This document shows positions 45,273 to 54,413 of a stretch of DNA of 64,000 bases, piece by piece. The stretch lies in contig CAVSPF010000005.1 in NCBI GenBank assembly GCA_963729995.1, positions 24,344 to 88,343 of the forward strand. The letters run 5' to 3'. How positions within the stretch are numbered: the first letter of the stretch is position 1; every line of letters starts with the position of its first letter. The notes under the pieces are model-generated. The model was not told the DNA's origin. It searched no databases and saw only the letters and a program-made list of their open reading frames with translations. A program made the position numbers and the translations under genes. The DNA comes from an uncultured Solirubrobacterales bacterium. GTDB taxonomy: Bacteria; Actinomycetota; Thermoleophilia; Solirubrobacterales; 70-9.

Positions 45273-46715
45273 ATGCAGGCCAATTCCACGGGTGCGCCGG
45301 CACGGCACGGCAGGCGGACGAAGATCATCGCCACGGTCGGGCCCGCGAGCTGGGACGTCGATCTCCTCGACCAGCTGATCGACGCCGGCGCCGACGTCCT
45401 CCGCCTCAACTTCTCCCATGCCGACCGCGACCGCCATGCGCGGACGGTCGAGTCGATTCGCGCAGCCGCCGAGCGGTCCGGGCGCGAGGTTGCGGTGCTC
45501 GGCGACCTGCCGGGGCCGAAGCTGCGGATCGGCGAGCTGCGCGACGACGTCGCCGAGCTGGAGACCGGGATGCACGTGAAGCTGACGCCGCAGGCGGTCG
45601 CGGGCGACGCGACGACGATCCCGGTCGACTGGCCGGGCGTCACCTCCCTGCACGAGAACGAGCTGGTCTTCCTGGCCGACGGGGCAATCCGCCTGCGGGT
45701 GCGGGCGCCCGAGGACGGTGGCGTCGACTGCGAGGTCGAGGTGGGGGGGACGCTGTCCTCTCACAAGGGGATGAACGTTCCGGGCATCGCCGGGTTGCCC
45801 ACCACCGACCACGACCTCAACTGGGTCGAGTTTGCAGTGGAGCAGGGGATCGACCTGCTGGCCGTCTCGTTCGTCTCCACGGCGGCGGACCTCGAGCCGG
45901 TGGCCGAGCGGCTGCGCGCGCTGGGCTCCGACATCCCGCTGATCGCCAAGATCGAGAAGCAGCAGGCGGCCGAGAACGCCGACGAGATCGTCCGTGCGGC
46001 GACCGGCGGGATCATGGTCGCCCGCGGCGATCTCGGGATCGAGCTGCCGCTGGCGCAGGTGCCGGTGGTGCAGAAGCGATTGATCCGCACCGCGGGCAAA
46101 CGGTCGAAGCCGGTGATCACCGCCACCCAGATGCTGGCCTCGATGGTCACCGAGCGACGCCCGACCCGCGCCGAGGTGACCGACGTCGCCAACGCGATCT
46201 ATGACGGCACCGACGCGGTGATGCTCTCCGAGGAGACCGCGGTCGGCCGCCACCCGATCGAGTCGGTGCGGGTGATGGATCAGATCGCCCGCGCGACCGA
46301 GCCGGACCTCCCGTATGCGGAGTGGCTGTTCACCCGCACCGACCAGGCGTCCCATGACGTCGCGGACTCGGTCGCCCAGGGCGCGGTCGGGGCGGTTTAC
46401 CGGCTGGGCCTGGCGGCGCTGGTCGTGCCGACCACCAGCGGGCGCACCGCGCGCCTCGTCTCCGCCCATCGTCCCGAGGTGCCGGTGCTGGCGATCTCGC
46501 CCCGGATCGAGACCGTGCGCCGCCTCAATCTCCTCTTCGGCGTGACCGCCGCCCTCAGCGAGCAGGTGACCGAGGTCCATGGCCTGCTCGACGACTGCGC
46601 CGCCCTCGCCGCCCGCCACGGCGTGGCGAAATCCGGCGACCTGATCGCGATCACCGCCGGCCTCCCCGAGCAGGAGCTGGGCACCAACCTCTTCGAGGTC
46701 CACCGCGTGCCCTGA
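45273..46715 (+). CDS. pyk: Pyruvate kinase
   Basis: RRTKIIATVGPAS, LRLNFSHA, GDLPGPKLR and MVARGDLGIE motifs. Confidence 0.9.
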   Translation: MQANSTGAPARHGRRTKIIATVGPASWDVDLLDQLIDAGADVLRLNFSHADRDRHARTVESIRAAAERSGREVAVLGDLPGPKLRIGELRDDVAELETGMHVKLTPQAVAGDATTIPVDWPGVTSLHENELVFLADGAIRLRVRAPEDGGVDCEVEVGGTLSSHKGMNVPGIAGLPTTDHDLNWVEFAVEQGIDLLAVSFVSTAADLEPVAERLRALGSDIPLIAKIEKQQAAENADEIVRAATGGIMVARGDLGIELPLAQVPVVQKRLIRTAGKRSKPVITATQMLASMVTERRPTRAEVTDVANAIYDGTDAVMLSEETAVGRHPIESVRVMDQIARATEPDLPYAEWLFTRTDQASHDVADSVAQGAVGAVYRLGLAALVVPTTSGRTARLVSAHRPEVPVLAISPRIETVRRLNLLFGVTAALSEQVTEVHGLLDDCAALAARHGVAKSGDLIAITAGLPEQELGTNLFEVHRVP

Positions 46716-46757
46716 GCCGCGCGGCGGCCCCGAGCCGCCGACCGACTGCCCGCCTGA

Positions 46758-47408
46758 TCAGCGCCTGATGGCGATGTTGAAGTCGACGGTCCCGAGCGTC
46801 CCCATCAGGCGCAGCCACAGCGGCAGGTACATCTCGGTGCCTCGAGCGGCGGAGATTTCGCCCAGGTCGAGCACCGAGCCAGGGGGCCAGCCGAAGCTTT
46901 CCAGCAGCGTCGTGACCTGCGATCTTGCCTCCTCGTTGTTTCCGCAGACGAAGATGTTGTGATCGCCGGGGACGCGGCTCGGCTCGACCATCAGCCGGGC
47001 GTTGACTGTGTTGAGGGCCTTGACGACCTTCGTGTCCGGGAAGGCCGCCTGGATCCTCTCCCCAAGGCTGTCGTCGTTGCAGACGGCGAGGGTCGGCGGC
47101 ATCCCCCGCGAGAAGTCGAGCGGGTTGGCGACGTCCACCAACGTCTTCCCGGCGAGGTTCTCGGCGCCGGCGGCGGTGAGGGCGTCAAGCGATGCCTCTC
47201 CGGCGGTGCAGTTGAAGACGAGCTCGGCGGCGGAGGCCGCGTCAGCGAAGGTCCCGCCCCTGGCGGCGCCACCGACGTCTTCCAGCCACCCGCGCAGCGG
47301 CTCGCTGCCGGCCGATCGCGATCCCATCGTCACCTCATGCCCGAGCTCGACCAGCTTCGTCGCGATCGTCCTTCCAACCGTTCCCGTTCCCAAGACCCCG
47401 ATCTTCAT
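46758..47408 (-). CDS. NAD(P)-binding oxidoreductase (NADPH-dependent F420 reductase / ProC-like family)
   Basis: MKIGVLGTGTVGRTIATKL Rossmann motif. 216-aa size and overall pattern resemble NpdG-type reductases. Confidence 0.7.
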   Translation of the reverse strand: MKIGVLGTGTVGRTIATKLVELGHEVTMGSRSAGSEPLRGWLEDVGGAARGGTFADAASAAELVFNCTAGEASLDALTAAGAENLAGKTLVDVANPLDFSRGMPPTLAVCNDDSLGERIQAAFPDTKVVKALNTVNARLMVEPSRVPGDHNIFVCGNNEEARSQVTTLLESFGWPPGSVLDLGEISAARGTEMYLPLWLRLMGTLGTVDFNIAIRR

Positions 47409-47600
47409 CTCGACCTCCTTGTTCGCCGAAAACCAGCAACTCAGGCTACGTCTCTTCGGAGAGTGGCTATGGCTGACGTGCCGGAAGTTGACTACCTATG
47501 TGGTAGTCAAACGCCGGCACGCCCGTCGGTGGCTGACGCAACTCTCGCCTGGCCGCCGTGTCTGGGAAGGTAGACCTCGCAAGCGAGCGAAGGAGCGGTA

Positions 47601-49283
47601 ATGATGTTTTCCAGTCGGCCCAGGAAGCTCGAGCGCTGGGCGTTCCCGGCATTCGTGGTCGTGGCCCTGGCGATGGCCGCGCCGGCATCCGCCGCGCGCG
47701 ATGCCTACGTCGCCAACGCCGGCAGCGGCACCGTCACGGTCATCGACACGGGCTCCAACGCAGCGGTGGGGACGATCCCGGTGGGGGCCGGCCCCCACAA
47801 CGTCGCGATCACCCCCGACGGGCGGTTCGCCTACGTCACCAACGAAACCGACGGCACCGTCGCGGTCATCTCCACCGCAACCAACGCCGTGGTCGGGGCG
47901 CCGATCGCGATCGGCGCGGGCTCCAAGCCGCGCGGCATCGCCATCTCCCCCGACGGGCAGACCGCCTGGGTCGCCGACTTCGGCAACGGCACGGCCACCG
48001 TCATTGCCACCGCGACCAACTCGGTCGTCGGCGCGCCGGTCAAAGTCGGGGGAGAACCTGACGGCATCGCCATCTCCCCCGACGGCGCCGCCGCCCTGGT
48101 CGCCCAGAAGGGTGGCGACGTCTCGATCGTCAATACCGCCAGCCGCGCCGTGACCGGCACGGTCACCGACCCGCTGGGGCCCTCGCAGATCGCGGTCGGC
48201 CCGCGCGGCGCGCGGGCCTATGTCACCAACAGCAAATCCGGAGCCAACTCGGTGACCGCGTTCAATCCCGCCAACGGGCAGGCCGGCGCGCCGATCGCGG
48301 TCGGCGCCGAACCGTCCGGCATCGCGATCGGGCCGAGCGGCAGGTTCGCCTACGCCGCCGGCTCCGGCGACGGCACGCTGACCCCGATCGACACCGCCAC
48401 GAACGCCACCGGCACGGTCATCACGGGCTTCAACGGCCCCCAGGGCGTCGCGGTCAACCCGAGCGGCTTGCAGGCCTACGTCGCCAACAAGACCGGCGGC
48501 ACCGTCACCGCGCTCAATACGGCCACCAACGTCCTCTCCGCTTCGATCCCGGCCGGGCAAGAACCGACCGGCATCGCGATCGTCCCCGACCAGTCGCCGG
48601 TCGCCTCCTTCCTGGTCACACCGCAGAAGCGGATCGCGGGGCGCAAGCTCACCTTCCACGGTGGCGCCTCCAGGGACCCCGACGGCACGATCGCCACCTA
48701 CGCCTGGGCATTCGGCGACGGCAAGCGCGCGTTGGGCCCGCAGGCGACCCGCACGCACACCTACCGGTCGCCCGGCACCTACACCGTCACCCTCACGGTC
48801 ACCGACAACGAAGGTTGCTCGACCGCACTCGTCTACACCGGGCAGACCGCCTCCTGCAGCGGCTCCACCCTGGCGCGCGCCACCGGCACCATCGTCGTCG
48901 TCGACAACAGGGGGCCCGAACTCAACCTCGCCGGTGGCACGAGGCAGCGCCTCCGCGGGCGGCTCAACGTCTTCGCCCAGTGCCCGCAGGAGGCATGCAC
49001 GGTCAGCGCCAGCGGCGTGGCCGTGATGACCACTCTGCGAGGGAGCGGGCCGGTGTCCCGGCAGCGGCGGATCGGCTCGGCGAGTGCGTCGCTCGCGGCG
49101 GGCCAGTGGGGCAGGCTGAGCTTGCGCGTGGGGCCCGGCGCCCGGCGCGCGATCCTGCGGGCGCTGCGCAGCGGCGGTGCGGCGAACGCCCAGGTGGCCG
49201 TCATCGCCGCTGACTCGAGCGGCCTCAAGACCCGCCGCACGCGCTACATCAAGCTGGTCAGGCCCAGGGCCCACCATCCTTGA
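47601..49283 (+). CDS. Secreted YVTN-type beta-propeller repeat protein with a PKD domain
   Basis: AGGAG RBS and a signal peptide. About eight ~40-aa repeats (AYVAN/AYVTN..GTV.VI.TATN.VVG.I.VG..P.GIAISPDG). The PKD-like segment is FGDG...HTYRSPGTYTVTLTVTDNEG. Confidence 0.8.
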   Translation: MMFSSRPRKLERWAFPAFVVVALAMAAPASAARDAYVANAGSGTVTVIDTGSNAAVGTIPVGAGPHNVAITPDGRFAYVTNETDGTVAVISTATNAVVGAPIAIGAGSKPRGIAISPDGQTAWVADFGNGTATVIATATNSVVGAPVKVGGEPDGIAISPDGAAALVAQKGGDVSIVNTASRAVTGTVTDPLGPSQIAVGPRGARAYVTNSKSGANSVTAFNPANGQAGAPIAVGAEPSGIAIGPSGRFAYAAGSGDGTLTPIDTATNATGTVITGFNGPQGVAVNPSGLQAYVANKTGGTVTALNTATNVLSASIPAGQEPTGIAIVPDQSPVASFLVTPQKRIAGRKLTFHGGASRDPDGTIATYAWAFGDGKRALGPQATRTHTYRSPGTYTVTLTVTDNEGCSTALVYTGQTASCSGSTLARATGTIVVVDNRGPELNLAGGTRQRLRGRLNVFAQCPQEACTVSASGVAVMTTLRGSGPVSRQRRIGSASASLAAGQWGRLSLRVGPGARRAILRALRSGGAANAQVAVIAADSSGLKTRRTRYIKLVRPRAHHP

Positions 49284-49668
49284 GGACACGCCGAGAACGC
49301 CGAGGTTGCGATCGAGGCCCGGCGCTGGGCTTCCTGTTCCCTATGGCAACTGCTTTCTGCCCTCTCCTCACCGGCTGAGCAGAAGAGACGTCAGCGTGAG
49401 TTCCGCGTCGTTGAGTCGCCCGCCCTCGTGGTGTAGCCGATCGAGATCAGGAGCACATTGATCGTTCGGATGTGGATTCGCCACCCACTGCATCATCCCG
49501 ACGGCATAGCGCCCGACCCGCAGCTGGAACTCCAGATCCCGCTGTCCGAGCTGCACAAGGGGGTTGCCGAGGATTGGACGATTATTTGGTGAGAGCGGCG
49601 CTCACCTTAACCTACGATGCAGCAGGCAAGCTCAGGCGCCGCTGACCCAGGGAGAGGAAAGAAGTTCT

Positions 49669-50079
49669 GTGACGATCGTGACCGTGGCGCCTGACGACCC
49701 TCCCATGAAGCGGTCCGTAACGGTCTGGTTGAGCGAGTTCGCCTTCGAAGCGCTTGCCGGGGATGAGGGGAAGGGCTCCGCGCACGTCGCGGCAAGGCTC
49801 GCGCGAGCCATCCGCTGCTATCTGCACGACCGGGACCCTGGAAAGGCTGGCTGGCCATATCCAGCTTTTCTGCGCGACAGACCGGTTGGCGAGGGGGTGG
49901 AGCTGAAGCTGAGCATCAACGACGACCTGTGGCGCTCACTCGAGGACGAGGCCGGCAGGCAGGATGTCTCGACACAGCAGATGGTCGAGCACGCAGCGCT
50001 CTACTTCGCGGCGGAGGTGAATGCCGGGCGCATTACGGAGCGCATCCTCGACGATCTTGACGATGACGACGACCCCTGA
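49669..50079 (+). CDS. Hypothetical protein, paralog of 52191..52535
   Basis: GGAGAGGAAAG lies upstream of the GTG at 49669 (the ATG at 49705 is an alternative). Shared segments: GWPYPAFLRD..VELKLSI..LWRSLEDEAGRQDVSTQQMVEHAALYF versus GWPPIGIPRF..VTVELSV..IQAALEREARRHQVPVRQVLEHAVFVY. Acidic tail. Confidence 0.55.
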   Translation: MTIVTVAPDDPPMKRSVTVWLSEFAFEALAGDEGKGSAHVAARLARAIRCYLHDRDPGKAGWPYPAFLRDRPVGEGVELKLSINDDLWRSLEDEAGRQDVSTQQMVEHAALYFAAEVNAGRITERILDDLDDDDDP

Positions 50080-50112
50080 GAGGGGACGAGACGACCCTGA
50101 GGGGACGCGAGC

Positions 50113-51204
50113 CTAGTGACCTGAGTCGTTGATCCGCTGGCAGTAGGAGGCGAGGCTGTCGAGGATCTCGTCTGCGCTCTTGTGCCAGACATAGGGCTTG
50201 GGTTCGTCGTTCCAGTTGGCGATCCAGGTGCGGATCGAGGCGACGAGGTCGCGGACCGAGCGATGGGAGCCGCGCTTGATCCACTTCGTGGTCAGCTCGG
50301 CGAACCAGCGCTCGACGAGGTTCAGCCAGGAGCTGTAGGTGGGTGTGAAGTGCAAGGTGAAGCGCGGGTGGCGCTGCAGCCAGCGCTGGATCGAGGGCGT
50401 CTTATGGGTCGAGGAGTTGTCGAGCACGACATGGACGTCGAGGCCCTCTGGCACCGAGTGCTCGATCAGGTTGAGGAACCGGCGGAACTCATCGGCGCGA
50501 TGCCTGGGAGTCATCTCGGCGATCACCTGACCGGAGGCGAGGTCGAGCGCGGCGTAGAGGTTCGTGGTGCCGTTGCGCACGTAGTCGTGGGTGTGGCGCT
50601 CGGGCACGCCCGGCATCAGTGGCAGGATCGGCGAGGAGCGCTCGAGGGCCTGGATCTGGGACTTCTCATCGACGCAGAGCACCACCGCCGCCTCGGGCGG
50701 GTTGAGGTAGAGCCCGACGATGTCTCTCACCTTGTCGACGAACTGCGGGTCGGGCGAGAGCTTGAAGTGCTCGGCGCGGTGGGGCTTCAGCCCGAAGGCG
50801 CGCCAGATCCGGCTGATCGCGGTCTGGCTCATCCCGGTGGCGGCTGCCATTTGGCGGGTCGACCAGTGGGTCGCGTTGGAGGGCTGCTCCTCCAGCGTCT
50901 TGACGATCACTCGCTCGACGTCCTCGTCGGTGATCTGCCGTGGCTTGCCCGGGCGCGGCTCGTCGTGCAGGCCGTCGAGGCCGCGCTTGGCGAAGCGTCC
51001 TCTCCAGCGCCCCACCGTCTGTGTGCTGCAGCCCAGCCGAGCCGCGATCTCCTTGCTTTGCTCGCCGTCGGCCGCCGCCAACACGATCCGGCAGCGCAGC
51101 GCCAGAGCCTGGGCGCTCTTCGGGCGCCTGGCCCAGCGCTCGAGCACCTCTCGCTCCTCCTCGCTGAGCTCGACATCCACACGTCGGGGCATGAGGCCTC
51201 CCAT
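50113..51204 (-). CDS. IS630-family DDE transposase
   Basis: N-terminal HTH regions (SKEIAARLGCSTQTVGRWRGRF) and a DDE domain (VLCVDEKSQIQAL, VLDNSSTHKT, TPTYSSWLNLVERWF). The stop codon TAG uses the flanking TA. Confidence 0.9.
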   Translation of the reverse strand: MGGLMPRRVDVELSEEEREVLERWARRPKSAQALALRCRIVLAAADGEQSKEIAARLGCSTQTVGRWRGRFAKRGLDGLHDEPRPGKPRQITDEDVERVIVKTLEEQPSNATHWSTRQMAAATGMSQTAISRIWRAFGLKPHRAEHFKLSPDPQFVDKVRDIVGLYLNPPEAAVVLCVDEKSQIQALERSSPILPLMPGVPERHTHDYVRNGTTNLYAALDLASGQVIAEMTPRHRADEFRRFLNLIEHSVPEGLDVHVVLDNSSTHKTPSIQRWLQRHPRFTLHFTPTYSSWLNLVERWFAELTTKWIKRGSHRSVRDLVASIRTWIANWNDEPKPYVWHKSADEILDSLASYCQRINDSGH

Positions 51205-51272
51205 CGTCGCTTGCGATGGCGACGACTTCGACGGCGATGGAGATATGCCTGTGAACTAACGACTCAGGTCAC
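50116..51272 (-). mobile_element. IS630-family insertion sequence (1157 bp) with a TA target-site duplication
   Basis: Perfect 18-bp terminal match CTAGTGACCTGAGTCGTT (50113..50130) with its reverse complement (51258..51275). The flanking TA dinucleotides at 50114-15 and 51273-74 are typical of IS630/Tc1. Confidence 0.85.
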
Positions 51273-51976
51273 TAGGCGGCGGGTGGCGCCGCCACCACGG
51301 GGGCGGCGCCGAGCGCGACCAGGTTCGTCCGCAGGGTGCGCCGGCCTCTGTGGTGGAGCCCGTGGACCGAGCTCTCGGTCTTGCCGAGCGCATCCGCGAT
51401 CTCCACCGGCGAGAGGCCAACGATGTGCCTCAGGACCAGCACCTCGCGTTGGTCCTCGGGCAGTTGCTCGAGGGCCTGGCGCAGGTCCCGCCCGCGCTCC
51501 TTGCTGACCTGGCGCTGACCGGCGTCGGCGACCCGCACGTCCTCGGTCGGGATGGCCCGCCTCGCCCGCATGTGGTCCAGGGCCGCGTTGCGAGCGACCC
51601 GCAGGATCCAGGCGGTGAAGGGGACCTCCCTCTGCTCGTATTTCCCGATCGCCGTGATCAGCTTGGCGAAGACGTTCTGGGTGATGTCCTCGGCCTCGTG
51701 CTCGTCGTGTACGAAGCTGTTCACGAAGCGCAGCACGTCCGGCGCATAGCGGACGTAGAGGAAGTGCAGGCCCTCCATGTCTCCCTGCTTGGCGCGCCGC
51801 ACGGCCTTTTGGACGAGCTGGCTGTCTGGGCGCTGCTCCGTTTCAGCGGAGCGGTCACCTGCATTTTGGTCTTCCTCCGCAGCTAACGGCTGGCTGGGTC
51901 CCTGCGACACTTCCGAGTTCCTTCCCGTGGACGTGGGGGCTCGTGACTTCCGAGTCGGGTCTGTGTCTTTCCCCAA
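51272..51976 (-). CDS. ECF-type RNA polymerase sigma-70 family factor
   Basis: Region 2 (EDITQNVFAKL..., FTAWILRVARNAALDHMR) and region 4 (LPEDQREVLVLRHIVGLSPVEIADALGKTESSVHGLHHRGRRTL). Long hydrophilic N-terminal extension, so the start is uncertain. Confidence 0.85.
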   Translation of the reverse strand: MGKDTDPTRKSRAPTSTGRNSEVSQGPSQPLAAEEDQNAGDRSAETEQRPDSQLVQKAVRRAKQGDMEGLHFLYVRYAPDVLRFVNSFVHDEHEAEDITQNVFAKLITAIGKYEQREVPFTAWILRVARNAALDHMRARRAIPTEDVRVADAGQRQVSKERGRDLRQALEQLPEDQREVLVLRHIVGLSPVEIADALGKTESSVHGLHHRGRRTLRTNLVALGAAPVVAAPPAA

Positions 51977-52190
51977 ATGACTCGCAAAGTGCAGCGAGTG
52001 GGCCTGTGAGGATTAGGGCTTCCTAAGTCCTTGTCAATGCCAAATATTCGTCCAAAGTTCCGTCTGACGCTCAAGTCACTGCAATTGCATAGCTATTGCA
52101 CAGATATTTGGGGGGAACTTTGGAGGATTTTCGGGCAAGAAGTGAAAATCTTGAGGGCCATCGGATAGTTGTTAGTGCCGGGAGCCACCG

Positions 52191-52535
52191 GTGAGAGTCG
52201 CACTCGGCACATTTGCGCGCTCGGGAATCGAGGCCCGTTTCGGGACCGACGTCCCCGCGGGGGCGCAGGCGGCCCTGCTGCACTACACCCGTCGGCTGAT
52301 GTCGGGCTGGCCGCCGATCGGCATCCCACGGTTTATCAGCGGCCGAGCCTCCGGCGAGGAGGAAGTCACGGTCGAGCTCTCGGTCAGCCCGGAGATACAG
52401 GCCGCCCTGGAACGTGAGGCCCGCAGGCACCAGGTGCCCGTGCGTCAGGTTCTGGAGCACGCCGTGTTCGTCTACCTGGCGGACCTGGACTCCGCCTCCG
52501 AGGCGGATCGGACGCACGGCGCGCCCGTGGCGTAG
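52191..52535 (+). CDS. Hypothetical protein, paralog of 49669..50079
   Basis: See 49669..50079. Divergent from the sigma factor gene. Confidence 0.5.
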   Translation: MRVALGTFARSGIEARFGTDVPAGAQAALLHYTRRLMSGWPPIGIPRFISGRASGEEEVTVELSVSPEIQAALEREARRHQVPVRQVLEHAVFVYLADLDSASEADRTHGAPVA

Positions 52536-52645
52536 GCACCCGGTAGGAAAGCCGGCCTGACCTGGGCCGCCACCCTCGGCTGAGTGCGAAGGTTGAGGCT
52601 TGTTGGGATATTTCGACACTGCATGCTCGTCGGAATATCCCGTCA

Positions 52646-52918
52646 TTGCTACAGTGTCGGATTATGCCGACAGACCACAACAAGCCTGACTCCAAGGGCC
52701 CGTTCCGGATCTACACCCCTGCTTCGCTGGGGGATGCGATCCGCCACTACCGGACAGAGGCCGGTTTGACACAGGCGCAGCTCGCGGAGATGGCCGGGCT
52801 GCAGCGGAGCTACCTCTCCGAGCTGGAGAGCGGAAAGGAGACCGAGCAGCTGAAGCGGGTCCTGCGAGTGCTGCGACAGCTTGGGGTGCGAATGACGCTC
52901 GATGAGGCGGATTGGTAG
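52646..52918 (+). CDS. XRE-family helix-turn-helix protein (HipB-like, orphan)
   Basis: LTQAQLAEMAGLQRSYLSELESGKE HTH motif. Alternative start at 52664. Confidence 0.7.
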   Translation: MLQCRIMPTDHNKPDSKGPFRIYTPASLGDAIRHYRTEAGLTQAQLAEMAGLQRSYLSELESGKETEQLKRVLRVLRQLGVRMTLDEADW

Positions 52919-53114
52919 TGGGGCTCAAGCGCGAGAGGATGCACGGCAGTCAACGCCGCTGACTTGCCAGCGAACTCCAGGCCCGAACTCCAACACGAGT
53001 CCGCCGGGAGTGATCAGCTCCCAATTCGGAGGATCGTCATCTGCCTCGCGCGTAGCGGGCCTCACATCGAGCGCAGAACATTTGCAGGCGAGATATCCAG
53101 GGCGCCGGAGCCCG

Positions 53115-53477
53115 TCAAGCCGAAACGACCAGCTCCCGCTTCGGTGTCCGCCGCAACTTTGGGTTGGGCGCCTCATCCTGAAAGCCGTAGACAAGATGAG
53201 TATCGAGTGCCTTGGCGAGCTTGCGCATGGTCGCGAAGCTGAAGCGGTGTTGGCCGCTCTCCAGGCGGGAGACCACCGAATGGCTCGTCCCCATCCTCTC
53301 GGCCAGCTCCTGCTGCGTGAGGCCGAGCTGCATTCGCTTGCGGATCACCAGCCGAGCGAACTCCTCATAGGGCAGCTGCTCCTCCAGGGCCGCCCTGTAT
53401 GCGGCGCTCTTGCGCGCATACTTCTCCATGCTCTCGGCATGGGAAGCCCCGATTGGCGAGTGTTCTTTACGAGCCAT
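53115..53477 (-). CDS. XRE-family HTH antitoxin (HigA-like)
   Basis: LTQQELAERMGTSHSVVSRLESGQH. Lies 68 nt downstream of the Gp49-like toxin gene on the same strand. Confidence 0.75.
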   Translation of the reverse strand: MARKEHSPIGASHAESMEKYARKSAAYRAALEEQLPYEEFARLVIRKRMQLGLTQQELAERMGTSHSVVSRLESGQHRFSFATMRKLAKALDTHLVYGFQDEAPNPKLRRTPKRELVVSA

Positions 53478-53545
53478 TTCCGTCCGATCCCGTTGCCAGC
53501 CTCATCGGCACCTTAGCAAAACTGCTAAAGCCATCGGACGGAATT

Positions 53546-53995
53546 TCAGGGCGCGTCGCTACCCGCCGCCCGAGGCGGGACTCGCTTGTCCGCATCCATC
53601 CGCTCCTTGAAGTCGCGCCAGCGCCGCTTGGCAATTTCGATCTCCGCCTTTGGAACCGCGCCGGTCGTCTTGCGGATCATGTGCAGCAGGACGAACAGAT
53701 TGCCCGATCGTTGGTAGAGGATGCGGTAGTGCGCCCGCCCGTAATGGCAGCGAAGCTCGCGCAGCGGCCCGTAGATCTGCGACGTGTGGGGAAACGGCAA
53801 CGGCGGGTCGTCGTTGGCGAGTCCGTTCAGCCGGTCGATCTGAAGGTCCATCGTCATCCGCTTGGTGGCTGCCGCTTCAACCTCGCGTGCGCTCGGATTC
53901 TTCTTCCGCGGCTCGACCGGGAACTCGCGGTCGAGGAACTCCGTGACGGGTTCGGCGCCGCTGGCGGCTCGGTAATAGATGGCCTGCGTAGCCAC
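53546..53995 (-). CDS. RelE/ParE-superfamily toxin, phage Gp49/HigB-like
   Basis: LRELRCHYGRAHYRILYQRSGNLFVLLHMIRKTTGAVPKAEIEIAKRRWRDF matches the Gp49-like (COG4679-type) pattern. Confidence 0.7.
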   Translation of the reverse strand: MATQAIYYRAASGAEPVTEFLDREFPVEPRKKNPSAREVEAAATKRMTMDLQIDRLNGLANDDPPLPFPHTSQIYGPLRELRCHYGRAHYRILYQRSGNLFVLLHMIRKTTGAVPKAEIEIAKRRWRDFKERMDADKRVPPRAAGSDAP

Positions 53996-54413
53996 GAGCC
54001 GACACTATCCACGGTCGCCGACAGCGAATCGCCAACCCCACGCGGCTGTGGCGGAGCTGGTAGACGCGCAGCGAACCCCCGGGCCCGAACTCCAAGACGA
54101 CGCCGTCGAGCGCCAGCTGGCGCAGCTCGCAACGTAGGAAGAACGGCGGAGAGTGCGCGTTTCGCTTGCGGGCTGCTGGCGATCGTCCGATGCGGCTGGG
54201 AGAGTGGCCCTGGAGGGACTCCCGCGATGACGATGCCGTTGGCGATATCCCTGTTCGCCTGGATCGGGTTGCTGCCGGGCCTGGTGGTTGCGCTGCGGCT
54301 GCGCAGGGCGGCCGCCTCAGGCCCCGCCGCGCAGGCGCCCGCCGCGATGGTTGGAAATTCGGCCCACTCGTGCCAGCGGGGCCGGGTCAGGCGCGTTCCC
54401 TGTGAGGCGACCC

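Noticed and set aside
47496-49289. 597-aa minus-strand ORF opposite the YVTN/PKD gene
   Set aside because: It is antisense to a gene with a clear RBS, a signal peptide and periodic repeats. Its composition is Gly/Arg/Asp-rich.
49368-49556. 62-aa minus-strand ORF in the AT-richer spacer upstream of 49669
   Set aside because: It has no RBS and no recognisable domain. It might be a fragment of a degraded gene, but I cannot support a call.
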